Shown here piece by piece: positions 19,416 through 29,336 of a stretch of 64,000 nt of DNA (position 1 is its first letter; every line of letters starts with the position of its first letter). Origin of the DNA: Candidatus Aenigmatarchaeota archaeon (lineage in GTDB: Archaea > Aenigmatarchaeota > Aenigmatarchaeia > GW2011-AR5); NCBI GenBank assembly GCA_016187335.1, contig JACPJW010000001.1:853978-917977 (forward strand). Reading direction: 5' to 3'. The notes under the pieces are model-generated. The model was not told the DNA's origin. It did not search any database and saw only the letters and a list, made by a program, of their open reading frames with translations. The position numbers and the translations under genes were made by a program.

Positions 19416-20126
19416 ACCGGTGAAAAGATGGTTACAGTCGACGAAGCCATAATTGCCAAGTACAGCAGGGAAGGAAAGCATTTTGAAATCCTTGTTGACC
19501 CTGACTTGGCTTATGACCTCAAGGAAGGCAGAACTGTTTCTCTTTCCAGAATGTTGGCTGTTAACACGGTGTTTACAGACGCGCGCAAGGCGGACAAGGC
19601 GTCGCCGTCGGACATCCAGAAGGCTTTCGGCACAGGCGACGCCGAGAAGATAGCTGAGTTCATCGTGAAGCACGGCGAAGTGCAGCTCACGACGGAATTC
19701 CGCAGGAAGAAAACGGAGGAGAAGAGGAAGCAGATAGCCGCCTTCATCTCGCGCAATGCAATAAATCCGCAGACCCGCGTGCCGCATCCGCCCGAAAGAA
19801 TTCTTACAGCCATGGAGCAGGCACGGGTCAGCATAGACCCGTTCAGGCCCGCGGAGCAGCAGGTGGATGACGCCGTAAAGGCGATAAAAAGCATCATCCC
19901 GATATCAATAGAAGAAATCGTGCTGGACATTGAAATACCGGCGAAATATTCGGCGCGCGCTTACGGGCTTTTGAAGGAACTGGGAACGCTGCAGAAGGAC
20001 AACTGGCTCAGCGACGGCTCGCTTTTCGCCAAATTGCTCATCCCCGCGGGGCTCAAGGAGTCAGTATTCAGAAGGCTAGGCGCAGTCACGGAAGGCAATG
20101 TCAGTATTACGGAAGCGAAGAAATAA
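19416..20126 (+). CDS. sdo1: SBDS/Sdo1 ribosome maturation protein
   Basis: FYSH-domain N-terminus VDEAIIAKYSREGKHFEILVDPD. Located upstream of the exosome operon as in most archaea. Start chosen at Met 19416. Confidence 0.8.
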   Translation, partial: TGEKMVTVDEAIIAKYSREGKHFEILVDPDLAYDLKEGRTVSLSRMLAVNTVFTDARKADKASPSDIQKAFGTGDAEKIAEFIVKHGEVQLTTEFRRKKTEEKRKQIAAFISRNAINPQTRVPHPPERILTAMEQARVSIDPFRPAEQQVDDAVKAIKSIIPISIEEIVLDIEIPAKYSARAYGLLKELGTLQKDNWLSDGSLFAKLLIPAGLKESVFRRLGAVTEGNVSITEAKK

Positions 20127-20158
20127 AATGGTCTAGACAGAATCCGAAGGAGTATGAG

Positions 20159-20890
20159 GTGTTGATTATGGAAATGGAAACAACGGAGACAAAAAGGAAG
20201 CTTGTAGTTCCAGGCGACCTGCTGGGAGAAGGCCGCGCGGGGCGGGGCGCTTACGAAGACGGCGACAGGGTTTACTCGCAATACATCGGGCTTGCCGAGG
20301 AGCGCAACGGCGTTTTCGTCGTGATTCCGCTGAGCGGCATTTACGACCCGAAGCGCGGCGACGGGGTAGTGGGCAAGATAGAGGACATAATTTTCTCGAA
20401 ATGGATTGTTGACATAAACAGCCCGTACGAAGCTGTCCTGCCGATAAGCGAAGCAACGGACGAGTTCATAGACATGACAAAGACGGACCTGACGCATTTC
20501 TTTAATTACGGCGACCTGATTTTCGCGGAAATCAGCAGCGTGACAAAGACAAAAAACGTTCAGCTGTCAATGATGAACAGGAAATGCAGGAAGCTGAAAG
20601 GCGGGCGCATCATCAAGGTCACCCCCGCGAAAGTTCCTCGCATAATAGGGAAAGCCGGCTCGATGGTCGAGATGATAAAGAAGCTCACGGACACGCAGAT
20701 TGTTGTCGGCCAGAACGGCATCGTCTGGGTAAAGGGGACGAACGAAGACGTTGCGGCTGAAGCGGTCCTGCTGATAGAAAAGAAATCGCACATTTCCGGG
20801 CTCACCGATTACATAAGCAGCATGCTCCAGCAGCGCCTGGGCGAGAAAACGGAAACGAAGGGCGATAATGATGATTTTGGAGGACGATAA
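20159..20890 (+). CDS. rrp4: exosome complex RNA-binding protein Rrp4 (S1 + KH)
   Basis: N-terminal domain, an S1-like region, and a KH motif IIKVTPAKVPRIIGKAGSMVEMI. Confidence 0.8.
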   Translation: MLIMEMETTETKRKLVVPGDLLGEGRAGRGAYEDGDRVYSQYIGLAEERNGVFVVIPLSGIYDPKRGDGVVGKIEDIIFSKWIVDINSPYEAVLPISEATDEFIDMTKTDLTHFFNYGDLIFAEISSVTKTKNVQLSMMNRKCRKLKGGRIIKVTPAKVPRIIGKAGSMVEMIKKLTDTQIVVGQNGIVWVKGTNEDVAAEAVLLIEKKSHISGLTDYISSMLQQRLGEKTETKGDNDDFGGR

Positions 20891-20892
20891 TC

Positions 20893-21630
20893 ATGGGCGG
20901 AAAAACGAATCCCGACATAATAAAAAACGGCATCCGCATTGACGGCCGCAGGCTTGATGAGATGCGCCCCGTGGAAGCGCAGGTCGGCGTGCTGAAAAAT
21001 GCCGACGGCTCCGCGCTTTTCAGGATGGGCAGCACAATAGCCGTGGCAGGCGTTTACGGCCCGAGAAAGGTGCACCCCAAGCACGAAGAGGAAGCGGAAA
21101 GGGCAATTTTACGCACGCGGTACAACATGGCGGCTTTCTCCACTACGGAAAGAAGCAGGCCCGGACCGAGCAGGAGAAGCCAGGAAATATCAAAGGTCAC
21201 AAGGGAAGCGCTCGCGCCCGTGATATTTCTGGAGGAATTCCCGAAAACTGCGATAGACGTTTACATCGAGATACTGCAGGCGGACGCTTCAACGCGCATT
21301 GCCGGCATAAACGCCGCCTCGCTGGCGCTGGCTGACGCCGGAATCCCGATGGCAGACCTCGTTGCAGCGTGCAGCGCGGGAAAGGTCGCGGGCCATCTCG
21401 TGCTTGATGTCGCAGGAAAAGAGGATACGGAAGGCGAGCTGGATCTGCCCGTGGCGCTTTACAAGAGAAAAAACATCATAACGCTCCTGCAGATGGACGG
21501 GCTGGCGCCGAAAGAAGAAGTCAAGGAGCTGATTAAGCTGGCACTGAAGGGCTGCGAGATTGTTTATGAGAAGCAGAGGAGCGCCCTGAAGAAAGAATAT
21601 TCTGTTGACGAAAAAGAGGCGGGGAAGTAA
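20893..21630 (+). CDS. rrp41: exosome complex exonuclease Rrp41 (RNase PH domain)
   Basis: RIDGRRLDEMRPVEAQVGVLKNADGSALFRMGST is a typical RNase PH/Rrp41 N-terminus. Confidence 0.85.
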   Translation: MGGKTNPDIIKNGIRIDGRRLDEMRPVEAQVGVLKNADGSALFRMGSTIAVAGVYGPRKVHPKHEEEAERAILRTRYNMAAFSTTERSRPGPSRRSQEISKVTREALAPVIFLEEFPKTAIDVYIEILQADASTRIAGINAASLALADAGIPMADLVAACSAGKVAGHLVLDVAGKEDTEGELDLPVALYKRKNIITLLQMDGLAPKEEVKELIKLALKGCEIVYEKQRSALKKEYSVDEKEAGK

Positions 21631-21643
21631 AGGAGGCTAAAAA

Positions 21644-22444
21644 ATGACACTGGAAATCGATGCTGACCTGGTTAAGGAAATCGTAGGAAACGAGAAAAGG
21701 CTGGATTACAGGAAGTTTGACCAGTACAGGGACATCGTGATTGAGACGGATTTCATAACATCGGCAGAAGGCTCAGCCAGAGTCAGGCTGGGCGACAGCG
21801 TTGTCGTTGCCGGGGTGAAGATGGACGTTGGCGAGCCTTTTCCTGACACTCCTGATGAAGGGGTAATGATGGTTGCCGCGGAATTCCTGCCGCTGGCTTC
21901 GCCGGAATTCGAGCCCGGCCCGCCTGGCGAGAATGCCATTGAATTGTCAAGGGTTGTTGACCGCGCCATCCGCGAATCAAAGTGCATCGACTTCAAGAAA
22001 TTGTGCATAACGCCGGGCGAAAAGGTCTGGATGGTTTTCATTGACCTTGATATTCTGGATGACGACGGAAACCTGATAGACGCCGCAGGGCTCGCCGCGA
22101 TGGCTGCCCTGCTCAATGCGAGAATGCCTGCGCTGAAAGAAGACGGAAGGACTGATTACGACAATAAAACGGACAAAAAACTGCCCATGAGCGGCGTTGC
22201 TGTGTCAACGACGTTCGCGAAAATTGCCGACCGCATCATTGCCGACCCTTCCTACCCTGAATGGCGTGCGCTTGACGCGCGCCTTACAGTAGGCACAGTC
22301 GACAAGGGCGGAAAAACCATGCTCAGCTCAATGCAGAAAGGCGGCAGCTACGGCTTTACCTTGGAAGAAATAGAATACATAGTCGGGAAAGCCGTGGAAA
22401 AGGGCGATGAGCTGAGAAGCAAGATAAAAGAAGCGGTTTCTTAG
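21644..22444 (+). CDS. rrp42: exosome complex subunit Rrp42
   Basis: RNase PH-like. Sits immediately after rrp41 in the canonical operon order rrp4-rrp41-rrp42. Confidence 0.85.
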   Translation: MTLEIDADLVKEIVGNEKRLDYRKFDQYRDIVIETDFITSAEGSARVRLGDSVVVAGVKMDVGEPFPDTPDEGVMMVAAEFLPLASPEFEPGPPGENAIELSRVVDRAIRESKCIDFKKLCITPGEKVWMVFIDLDILDDDGNLIDAAGLAAMAALLNARMPALKEDGRTDYDNKTDKKLPMSGVAVSTTFAKIADRIIADPSYPEWRALDARLTVGTVDKGGKTMLSSMQKGGSYGFTLEEIEYIVGKAVEKGDELRSKIKEAVS

Positions 22445-22515
22445 TCAGCTTTCTTTTTTATGGGTCCTGAATGTTCGTGTGATACCTATTCAGCAGACGG
22501 AGTTCATCAGCGCTT

Positions 22516-22872
22516 TTATTTTCTTCTGCGCCTGCGCACATAAACGATAGTTTCCCTGGGCACGATTTTCAGGGTTCCAAGACCTTCGCCAAAAGGAATT
22601 ACTTCGTAAGGCATCTTCTTTTTCAGGGAACGTAGCTTTCTGGAGAAGTACTTTCCTGTTCTTCTGATGTCGGGCCCGATGCCGTCGATTGCTTCTTTTA
22701 AATATTCAACCCCTATCTCGCTTCCAAGCATCCCGGAATTTTCAATGTAGCTTCTTATGCTCGCGTAAAGATCTCCCACATGTCCTCTCAATTTTTCCTG
22801 CAGGTACGATAAAACTGTTTCTCTTGCACGTATCTCTTCCAGCAAACGCATGGCTTCTTCTTTCTGCGACAT
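22516..22872 (-). CDS. hypothetical protein
   Basis: Start chosen at Met (MSQKEE). The longer track ORF would overlap htpX. Confidence 0.35.
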   Translation of the reverse strand: MSQKEEAMRLLEEIRARETVLSYLQEKLRGHVGDLYASIRSYIENSGMLGSEIGVEYLKEAIDGIGPDIRRTGKYFSRKLRSLKKKMPYEVIPFGEGLGTLKIVPRETIVYVRRRRRK

Positions 22873-22940
22873 GCAAACCAGAAAACGATAACATGAAAAC
22901 TTTTTAAGATTAGAAATTACGCATGTAATTACAAAGTAAT

Positions 22941-24071
22941 TCACTTCTTCTTCCATTCCCGCGCCATCTTGATGCGCCGCCACGTCGCCGGGTGCGTATG
23001 GAACAGGGCTTCAATTATTGGGTGCGGCCTGTGGTCGCCCAGGGAAAGGTCCGCGAGCCTCTTTTCCGTGGACACCTGCGCCTTCGCTTTCTGCACAGTG
23101 TTCAGGGCGAACAGGTCCGCCTCGGCTTCCCTTCGGCGTGAATAAGTGTTGGCAAGGGGCATGGCGATAAGCTCTGCTACGGAGAACAGCAGCATGAACA
23201 GGGGCAGCGCGGCAAGGTCGCCGAAATACGCTATGCCGAAATAATTCACCGAAGAATGCATTATTTTGTCAATGATGAACAAAACGGGGAAAATCTTTAT
23301 AGCATCAACAGCAATGGAACGCCATATGTCATGGTTCACGTAATGGCCGAGCTCGTGGCCGATGACCGTTTCTATCTCATCCTCGGTGAAATTGTTTGTC
23401 AGCGTGTCGAACAAGGCGATTTTCTTGGTGTTGCCGAAGCCCGTGAAGAATGCGTTGGGCTTCTTGCTTTTTTCTGATTCCTTTACGACAATCACGTCCT
23501 TTATCTCGCTGACGCCAAGCATCCTGCACAAAGCAAGCAGTTTTTTCTTGTGCCTCTGGTTCCTGTAAGGCCCGAACTTGTAGAAGAACGGGACGAGCAC
23601 GACGGGATAAATATAGTTGAGAAATACTGAGAACAGGGTATAGAGCACCCCGGCAACCAGCCACCAGCTGCTTACCGACCATAAATAAAAGAAAGCCGTC
23701 AGCGTTATTATCCCGATAATGTACCCGATAAGCTGCCTTTTCATGTAGTCTTTGAACCAGCCGCGAATAGTGTAATTGGACAGCCCGTACTTGTGCTCAA
23801 AGACATAGCCGGCGTAAAAGCTGAGCGGCAGCTTTGCGAGGTTCATTATGGTCATCAGAAAGAAGGCATAAAGCGGGACAACCAGCAGCGTGGGCAGCGG
23901 CGACAATGCCTCCTTCAGGAAAACGTTCGCCTGGAAAAGCAGTATAAGCAGCAATGTTAGCAGCTCAATTATTATGCCGTTGGCTATTCCCATCAGCAGC
24001 CTTTGCCTTGAGTAAAGCTTTGCCATATTGCGCTTTTTCGGGTCGAATTCGTAGGGATATTTGATGGGCAT
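22941..24071 (-). CDS. htpX: M48-family zinc metalloprotease (HtpX/Ste24-like), membrane
   Basis: Multiple TM segments, HELGHYVNHD (HExxH), and downstream EAEAD (third ligand region). Confidence 0.8.
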   Translation of the reverse strand: MPIKYPYEFDPKKRNMAKLYSRQRLLMGIANGIIIELLTLLLILLFQANVFLKEALSPLPTLLVVPLYAFFLMTIMNLAKLPLSFYAGYVFEHKYGLSNYTIRGWFKDYMKRQLIGYIIGIITLTAFFYLWSVSSWWLVAGVLYTLFSVFLNYIYPVVLVPFFYKFGPYRNQRHKKKLLALCRMLGVSEIKDVIVVKESEKSKKPNAFFTGFGNTKKIALFDTLTNNFTEDEIETVIGHELGHYVNHDIWRSIAVDAIKIFPVLFIIDKIMHSSVNYFGIAYFGDLAALPLFMLLFSVAELIAMPLANTYSRRREAEADLFALNTVQKAKAQVSTEKRLADLSLGDHRPHPIIEALFHTHPATWRRIKMAREWKKK

Positions 24072-24239
24072 ATTGATACCTCATTAGGATTTTAAAGTCT
24101 TGTTGCAGGATAAATAGGTTATAGCGATACAAGGAGAACATCCGGTTCTCCTGTATGTGAAACCAGGAAATCTTGTTATATCTTCTGGTTTCACTATAAA
24201 TGGCGCAAAGCATTTTTAAGGTTTTTCGCGTATGCTTAG

Positions 24240-25196
24240 GTGGTTCTCGTGAACGATCTTGCTGAACATATTCTCGGGCGGGGGGCCAGAAAGGTCATGC
24301 TGCAGATGCCGGAAGGGCTGAAATCAAGGGCTGCAGCGATAGCCGGGATGCTGGAGAAAGAGGGCATTGAAACTTTGATTTCCGCCGAGGCATGCTACGG
24401 CGCCTGCGACCTGCGCGACCATGAGGCGAAAGCGGCTGGGTGCGACCTGCTTGTCCACATAGGACACAGCAAGTTCTACGTGGATTCCGCTACGGAAGTG
24501 CCTGTTTTGTATTATCCATACCACGTGCCGTATCGATTTGACGGAATCGACTTCTCGCCGATTCCCGAGAAAAGGATAGGCCTTGTCACCACGATACAGC
24601 ACCTGCCCCTGCTGAAGGACGTAAAGCAGCTGCTGGAGAAGCAGGGCAGAGAAGCCGTCGTAGGCGGCCAGATTCTGGGCTGCTGGTTCGTGAATGCTGA
24701 AAAAATTGAGGAGAAGGTAGACGCCTTCCTCTTCGTCGGCTCGGGAAAGTTCCACCCTCTCGGCATGGAAACGAAAAAACCGGTGTATACATACGATCTG
24801 GAAACGCACGAGCTTGAGAAGATTGACCTGGTGACTGCAAAAAAGCGGAAATACGCGATGATTTACATGTGCAAGGACGCGAAGACCTTCGGCGTCATCG
24901 TCTCGTCAAAAACGGGCCAGCACGAGCTGCAGGGAAGGGCGGAAAAAATTGTCAGCTACCTGAAAGAAAAGGATAAAAGGGCTTTCATCATAGTTATGGA
25001 TGAGATAACGGACAATAAATTGCTGGCATTAAGATTGGACGCTTACGTCAACACCGCATGCCCGCGGCTGATGGACGACCATTTCACCAAGCCGCTCATA
25101 AACGCCGAGGACGTCCCGAAAATCTTTGACGAGGATTTTATTGATTTTGAAGGAGCGATGAACCGGGAAAGAATTGAAGCGGAAAAGGAAATTTAG
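24240..25196 (+). CDS. dph2: 2-(3-amino-3-carboxypropyl)histidine synthase (diphthamide biosynthesis Dph2)
   Basis: 318 aa with three conserved Cys in separate domains (CYGACD, GCWF, NTACP), typical of archaeal radical-SAM-type Dph2. Confidence 0.8.
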   Translation: MVLVNDLAEHILGRGARKVMLQMPEGLKSRAAAIAGMLEKEGIETLISAEACYGACDLRDHEAKAAGCDLLVHIGHSKFYVDSATEVPVLYYPYHVPYRFDGIDFSPIPEKRIGLVTTIQHLPLLKDVKQLLEKQGREAVVGGQILGCWFVNAEKIEEKVDAFLFVGSGKFHPLGMETKKPVYTYDLETHELEKIDLVTAKKRKYAMIYMCKDAKTFGVIVSSKTGQHELQGRAEKIVSYLKEKDKRAFIIVMDEITDNKLLALRLDAYVNTACPRLMDDHFTKPLINAEDVPKIFDEDFIDFEGAMNRERIEAEKEI

Positions 25197-25205
25197 GTGT
25201 CTTAT

Positions 25206-25475
25206 ATGAAAATCGAAGTCCTTGAAGATGAAGATGAAAGGCTGAAAATAGAAGTCCACGACAACCTGACGCTGCTGAACCTGCTCAACGAGAACCTGTG
25301 GAAGCAGCGGGGGCTTGATTACGCCGCCTATGCCCAGGACCATCCGTACATTTCCAAGCCCGTTCTTGTCGTGAAAAGCAGGAATCCCAAGAAAGCCCTG
25401 CTGGACGCCGCTGACCGGATTGTTGAGGACGCCAGGGATTTGAGGAAGCAGCTGGAGCGGGAACTGAAGGACTGA
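25206..25475 (+). CDS. rpoL: DNA-directed RNA polymerase subunit L
   Basis: MKIEVLEDEDERLKIEVHDNLTLLNLLNENL is the Rpb11/RpoL fold signature. ATG at 25206 is preferred over GTG at 25197. Confidence 0.75.
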   Translation: MKIEVLEDEDERLKIEVHDNLTLLNLLNENLWKQRGLDYAAYAQDHPYISKPVLVVKSRNPKKALLDAADRIVEDARDLRKQLERELKD

Positions 25476-25516
25476 ACAAAAACAGCATTAATTCTTTTCT
25501 TCTCACTTTATTATCC

Positions 25517-26089
25517 ATGTTCAAGCCCGAGGTCCGCATTATAGCCTGGGACGACTGCTCCTTCAAATACAGGACGAAGAAGGTCCGTCTTGTAGGCGTT
25601 GTCTACCGCGGCGGCTCGTTCCCTGACGGATTATTGTCTTCGAGCATTAAGAAGGACGGACTTGACGCTACGGAAAAAATCTCCGCAGCAATAAACAGCT
25701 CAAGGCATTACGACCAGCTGTCCTTAATCATGACAGACGGCATAACCTTTGCGGGCTTCAACGTAGTGGACATAAAACAGCTGGCGAAGCAGACGAAGAT
25801 GCCTGTTATAGCAGTAATAAGAAAAAAGCCGGACATGCAGCAGTTTTTGCAGGCTCTGGGAAAGTTTGGCAGTCTTAAAAAAAGAAAAAATGCCGTCAGG
25901 AACGCGGGGAAAATCTACAAGTATAAAAGCAGGTTCGGCGATATCTTTTACCAAAAGCGCGGGCTGGGCAGCAGGGACGCAAAGGAAATTTTGAAGATAA
26001 CGTGTATCAGGTCCAATATCCCGGAGCCGATACGCGTCGCCCATCTTATTGCAACAGGGCTTTCCGGAGAATCAAGAGGAAGAGCGTAA
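25517..26089 (+). CDS. conserved archaeal protein of the DUF99/UPF0215 family
   Basis: 190 aa. A RIIAWDDCSFKY N-terminus and its position next to rpoL fit this family (recognised from memory). Confidence 0.55.
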   Translation: MFKPEVRIIAWDDCSFKYRTKKVRLVGVVYRGGSFPDGLLSSSIKKDGLDATEKISAAINSSRHYDQLSLIMTDGITFAGFNVVDIKQLAKQTKMPVIAVIRKKPDMQQFLQALGKFGSLKKRKNAVRNAGKIYKYKSRFGDIFYQKRGLGSRDAKEILKITCIRSNIPEPIRVAHLIATGLSGESRGRA

Positions 26090-26616
26090 TGCCGAAAAAG
26101 AAAAACTGGCTTCACGATTTGGGTGAAATACTCGTAGCTTTCGTCGCGGCGTTTGTTTTTTACCAGCTTCTGGCGTTCGCCACGGGCACGCCTATGCCCA
26201 TAGTTTCCGTTGTCTCGCAGTCAATGTACCATAGCAGCCCTTCCCCGTATGCTTCGTTCGACCAATGGTGGAACGAGAAGTCTTCTTTCTATATTTCCAG
26301 CGGCATCTCAAAGCAGGAATTCAAGGCATTTCCTAACCCCAACGGCATGTCGCGCGGCGATTTGCTGCTTGTGATAAAGGAAAAGCCCCGCGTCGGCGAC
26401 ATAGTCATTTTCCAGACAACAACAGCACCGTACACGATTGTCCACAGGGTTTTGAGAATCAATACTGACGGCACTTTGGAAACGAAAGGCGACGCCAACA
26501 GCGGCCAGAACAGCTACGAGCACAGCATCCCTGAAGAAAAAATCGTCGGCAAGGTAATCTTTGCCGTGCCGCTGCTGGGCTATCCGCGCCTCGCGCTGCA
26601 TGCCGTGGGGATATGA
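26089..26616 (+). CDS. signal peptidase I (archaeal Sec11/S26B type)
   Basis: N-terminal TM anchor, catalytic-region motifs (VSQSMYHS, GDLLLVIKE, GDIVIFQT), and a C-terminal VPLLGYP. Start overlaps the upstream stop (TAATG). Confidence 0.75.
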   Translation: MPKKKNWLHDLGEILVAFVAAFVFYQLLAFATGTPMPIVSVVSQSMYHSSPSPYASFDQWWNEKSSFYISSGISKQEFKAFPNPNGMSRGDLLLVIKEKPRVGDIVIFQTTTAPYTIVHRVLRINTDGTLETKGDANSGQNSYEHSIPEEKIVGKVIFAVPLLGYPRLALHAVGI

Positions 26617-26651
26617 ATTACGAACTTTGACTAAGAAATTTAAGGCTTGTT

Positions 26652-27062
26652 CTATTTATGTATCCCATGTCTTCTCTTGTAACAGTTGCGCTGAATTATC
26701 CAGTCTGAAAATTGTAGGGAAGACACCTTGATTTTCTTGTATTTGGGCATGACCTCTATGTGGCACACGCTTGTGCGCCCTGCGGTTCTCAGACGGCTTG
26801 CATCAACTTTCTCGGATTTGAGCTCCTTCAGAATGTTCATCCCGTCTTCGTCTTCCCCACAAGTTCCTATAATCCCTGTCCGCAGGCCGAACCGTGCCAG
26901 AGTTATTATAGTGCTCGTGTTGGACCCGCCGTGAAATTTCTTCCTGCCTTCAGGCGTATAAAGTATGTCCACAAACGGATTGTCGACTCCTACCACATCA
27001 AGACGCATAGAAAAAAATGTCGGTAAAGGTTTAATTCCTTTTATTTTCCGAATCTCTGCCAA
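26652..27062 (-). pseudogene. truncated PfkB-family sugar/ribokinase (N-terminal fragment only)
   Basis: 136 aa with the PfkB N-terminal Gly-Gly region (FHGGSNTSTIITLARFG). It lacks the C-terminal ATP-binding DTxGAGD half. Only 35 nt separate its stop from the upstream signal peptidase gene. Confidence 0.45.
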
Positions 27063-27073
27063 AAAGGCTTCTT

Positions 27074-27553
27074 CTATGGATTTTTTGCTCCTTGATCCTG
27101 TGGCCCTTTTGTTTCTTCGTTCTCTCTGTTAGCAGCCATGTCGGCAAGGTTGCGCGTATCGTGTTCCACAGCGAACAAAACTTCTATTAAACCTAGAGTG
27201 TCCATGCGTTCTCTTTGCTTCAGGGGTTCAACATCTCGCCTAAAGGTTGTCGCTGTGTATACGGCATCGTCAACAATTACAAGCTTTCTGCCCCTGACAT
27301 CGTTTAATCTATATTCCGGAATGCCTTCTCCTTTCCTGATTTCTACGTATGTCACATCTGACCCTTCTTGTGTTAAGTATGCGTAAAGTTTCAGGGCAAA
27401 AAACTTCCCGCCGTCTCCTATAGGAGCTACGCATGCGGGATAACCACCAATCCTGGAAAGTATTTTTGGTCCTAACTTGACTACAAAATAGTTGACCCTC
27501 GGGTCGTCGATTGCCACTATAGTAGGTTTGCAGTCAACAGTCATAACGGTCAC
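27074..27553 (-). CDS. type I phosphoribosyltransferase
   Basis: PRPP-binding motif KLVIVDDAVYTATTF. Confidence 0.7.
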   Translation of the reverse strand: MTVMTVDCKPTIVAIDDPRVNYFVVKLGPKILSRIGGYPACVAPIGDGGKFFALKLYAYLTQEGSDVTYVEIRKGEGIPEYRLNDVRGRKLVIVDDAVYTATTFRRDVEPLKQRERMDTLGLIEVLFAVEHDTRNLADMAANRENEETKGPQDQGAKNP

Positions 27554-28485
27554 TCCAAAAATTCCACGGAATCTATTATTCCATCGCTGTCTTTGTCAAA
27601 GCCTCTAACAACCTTTGCCATAATTTTTTTATCTTTATCGTTGCCTTTCATTATTTCTTCCATGTGTCTTGTGAAAGCTAAAACGGCTGTTTCGAGTCCT
27701 GCCGACCTCTTGCCCGCTAAAATCAATATTTCATTTTTTTTATTGAACGGATTTCTTGTTCTGATTATAACTGCATCGTGATCGTAGTCGTAAGAGTTGC
27801 CGCTGATTTTTGACGTTATTGACCATTCCCTGTTCTTGTCAAAATATACAGGCAAAGTTCCATTAAGCTTGTCTGTAATAGCATTTATCTTCGGATTGCC
27901 TATTATGATAAGATTTTCTTCCAAATCCTTCTCCTTTACTTCTGTATCAAGCTTGTAATTCATGGAGTTAAGGTGTGTCAGAAACGATCCGAGGAACAGC
28001 GCAAGGTCAACTGCATGGACTCCGTCCCTTGCCGTTGCTGCATATCTGCCGTGCGGTCGGGGGCTGCCTAAAATGATTCTGGCGTTCAGCTTCCCGCCTT
28101 TGATGAACGGCTTCAGGAACTCTTCTATTTCAGGGTCCCTGGGTACATCCTTGCTGACAGTCCTGTACCCCTCCTCGTGCAGTTTCGCTGCTATAACCGG
28201 GGAAACCAGCTCGTAAATCTTCGCCGTCATGCCGGAGCGGTTTTCCTCGATGAGAAGTCTTATCAATCCGGCGTTGCGCAGTCTTTTCAGGTGGTAGTAG
28301 ACATTCTGCTCGTGCTCCTTCAGCTTCCTGGCAAGGTCCATGGCGCACTGCGGCTGCTTCCCAAGCTCGCGCACGATTTTCATGGGCAGGCCGTTGCTGA
28401 AGACATTCAGGCTCTCAGGCTTCACGAGCACTGTGTTGTAAACGCGCTGGTTCTCTCTATCTTTCTCAACAAGGACTGTTCCCAT
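27550..28485 (-). CDS. winged-helix (ArsR-like) transcriptional regulator with a large C-terminal domain
   Basis: N-terminal MKIVRELGKQPQCAMDLARKLKEHEQNVYYHLKRLRNAGLIRL (wHTH), then an uncharacterised domain of about 200 aa. Confidence 0.55.
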   Translation of the reverse strand: MGTVLVEKDRENQRVYNTVLVKPESLNVFSNGLPMKIVRELGKQPQCAMDLARKLKEHEQNVYYHLKRLRNAGLIRLLIEENRSGMTAKIYELVSPVIAAKLHEEGYRTVSKDVPRDPEIEEFLKPFIKGGKLNARIILGSPRPHGRYAATARDGVHAVDLALFLGSFLTHLNSMNYKLDTEVKEKDLEENLIIIGNPKINAITDKLNGTLPVYFDKNREWSITSKISGNSYDYDHDAVIIRTRNPFNKKNEILILAGKRSAGLETAVLAFTRHMEEIMKGNDKDKKIMAKVVRGFDKDSDGIIDSVEFLE

Positions 28486-28835
28486 TTCAGCTCAACTTCA
28501 GGGTATATAGCTATATCCGCTAGACTAGTCTTCTTCAGAAAGCAGTTTCCATGCCGAAGAATTATTTTAATTAGCCATGAAAAGCTTTTAAAGATTCTGT
28601 TAAGGTTACAAACTTTTTCATAGATACCTATTTAAGTATCATGCCTGATTTGCAAGAAAATTCATAAGTTTTCTAAGGAAAGTCTTGACCGGAGCTTATA
28701 TCGGTTCTTTGTCTCTGTTATTATGCCCATGACTTAGGTGGGATAACAGTGGGCTGTAGAAAATGGAAAAATTACGCGAATTAACATGATTTGCTGGTGT
28801 TTGCTGTGGATCACATAAAATGCTGCGGCAGGGAA

Positions 28836-28949
28836 ATGAAGCTGAAGATAGAGACGCTGCGGTTCAGCGAATTCGGCTGCGAAAAATGCGGCGACATTGT
28901 TTACATCAAAAAGATTTCCAGCTCAAAGCCGCAGCTGCTGGACGATTGA
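28836..28949 (+). CDS. small zinc-ribbon protein (possible GTG-extended start at 28806)
   Basis: MKLKIETLRFSEFGCEKCGDIVYIKK with CxxC. The upstream in-frame KCCGRE would complete a 4-Cys ribbon if the GTG start is used. Confidence 0.3.
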   Translation: MKLKIETLRFSEFGCEKCGDIVYIKKISSSKPQLLDD

Positions 28950-28958
28950 GGTGCTGGC

Positions 28959-29324
28959 ATGAACATAGCCAAGACAAGGATTGACTCAAAGGGGCGCATT
29001 TCAATACCCTACCATATGCGCACTTCCCTGAATCTGGACAGCTCTTCTGAAATGAAAATAGCCGCGAACGAAAAGGAGATAGTCCTGACGCCTTCCATGG
29101 ACGGCGTAAGGGTGAGGATAAGGTTCAGGGATTTCCCTGCCCTGCTTAGGGTTATAAAAATGATTTCCGGATTCAAGGTATACATAGGGGACGACAGGAT
29201 AACAAATTTTGACCGCAGGAACGTTGAGTGGTCGGCAGTCCTTGAAGGGGACAGCAGAATTCTGAAAAACCTGGTAAAGAAAATAAAGAAATACGGAAGC
29301 GTCAAAAGCGTTGTTTTAAACTGA
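28959..29324 (+). CDS. AbrB/SpoVT (swapped-hairpin) N-domain + ACT-like C-domain protein
   Basis: N-terminal RIDSKGRISIPYHMRTSL (AbrB/MazE-type motif). The C-terminal VRVRIRFRDFPALLRVIKMI is ACT-like. Confidence 0.55.
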   Translation: MNIAKTRIDSKGRISIPYHMRTSLNLDSSSEMKIAANEKEIVLTPSMDGVRVRIRFRDFPALLRVIKMISGFKVYIGDDRITNFDRRNVEWSAVLEGDSRILKNLVKKIKKYGSVKSVVLN

Positions 29325-29336
29325 GAATGATGCCTT

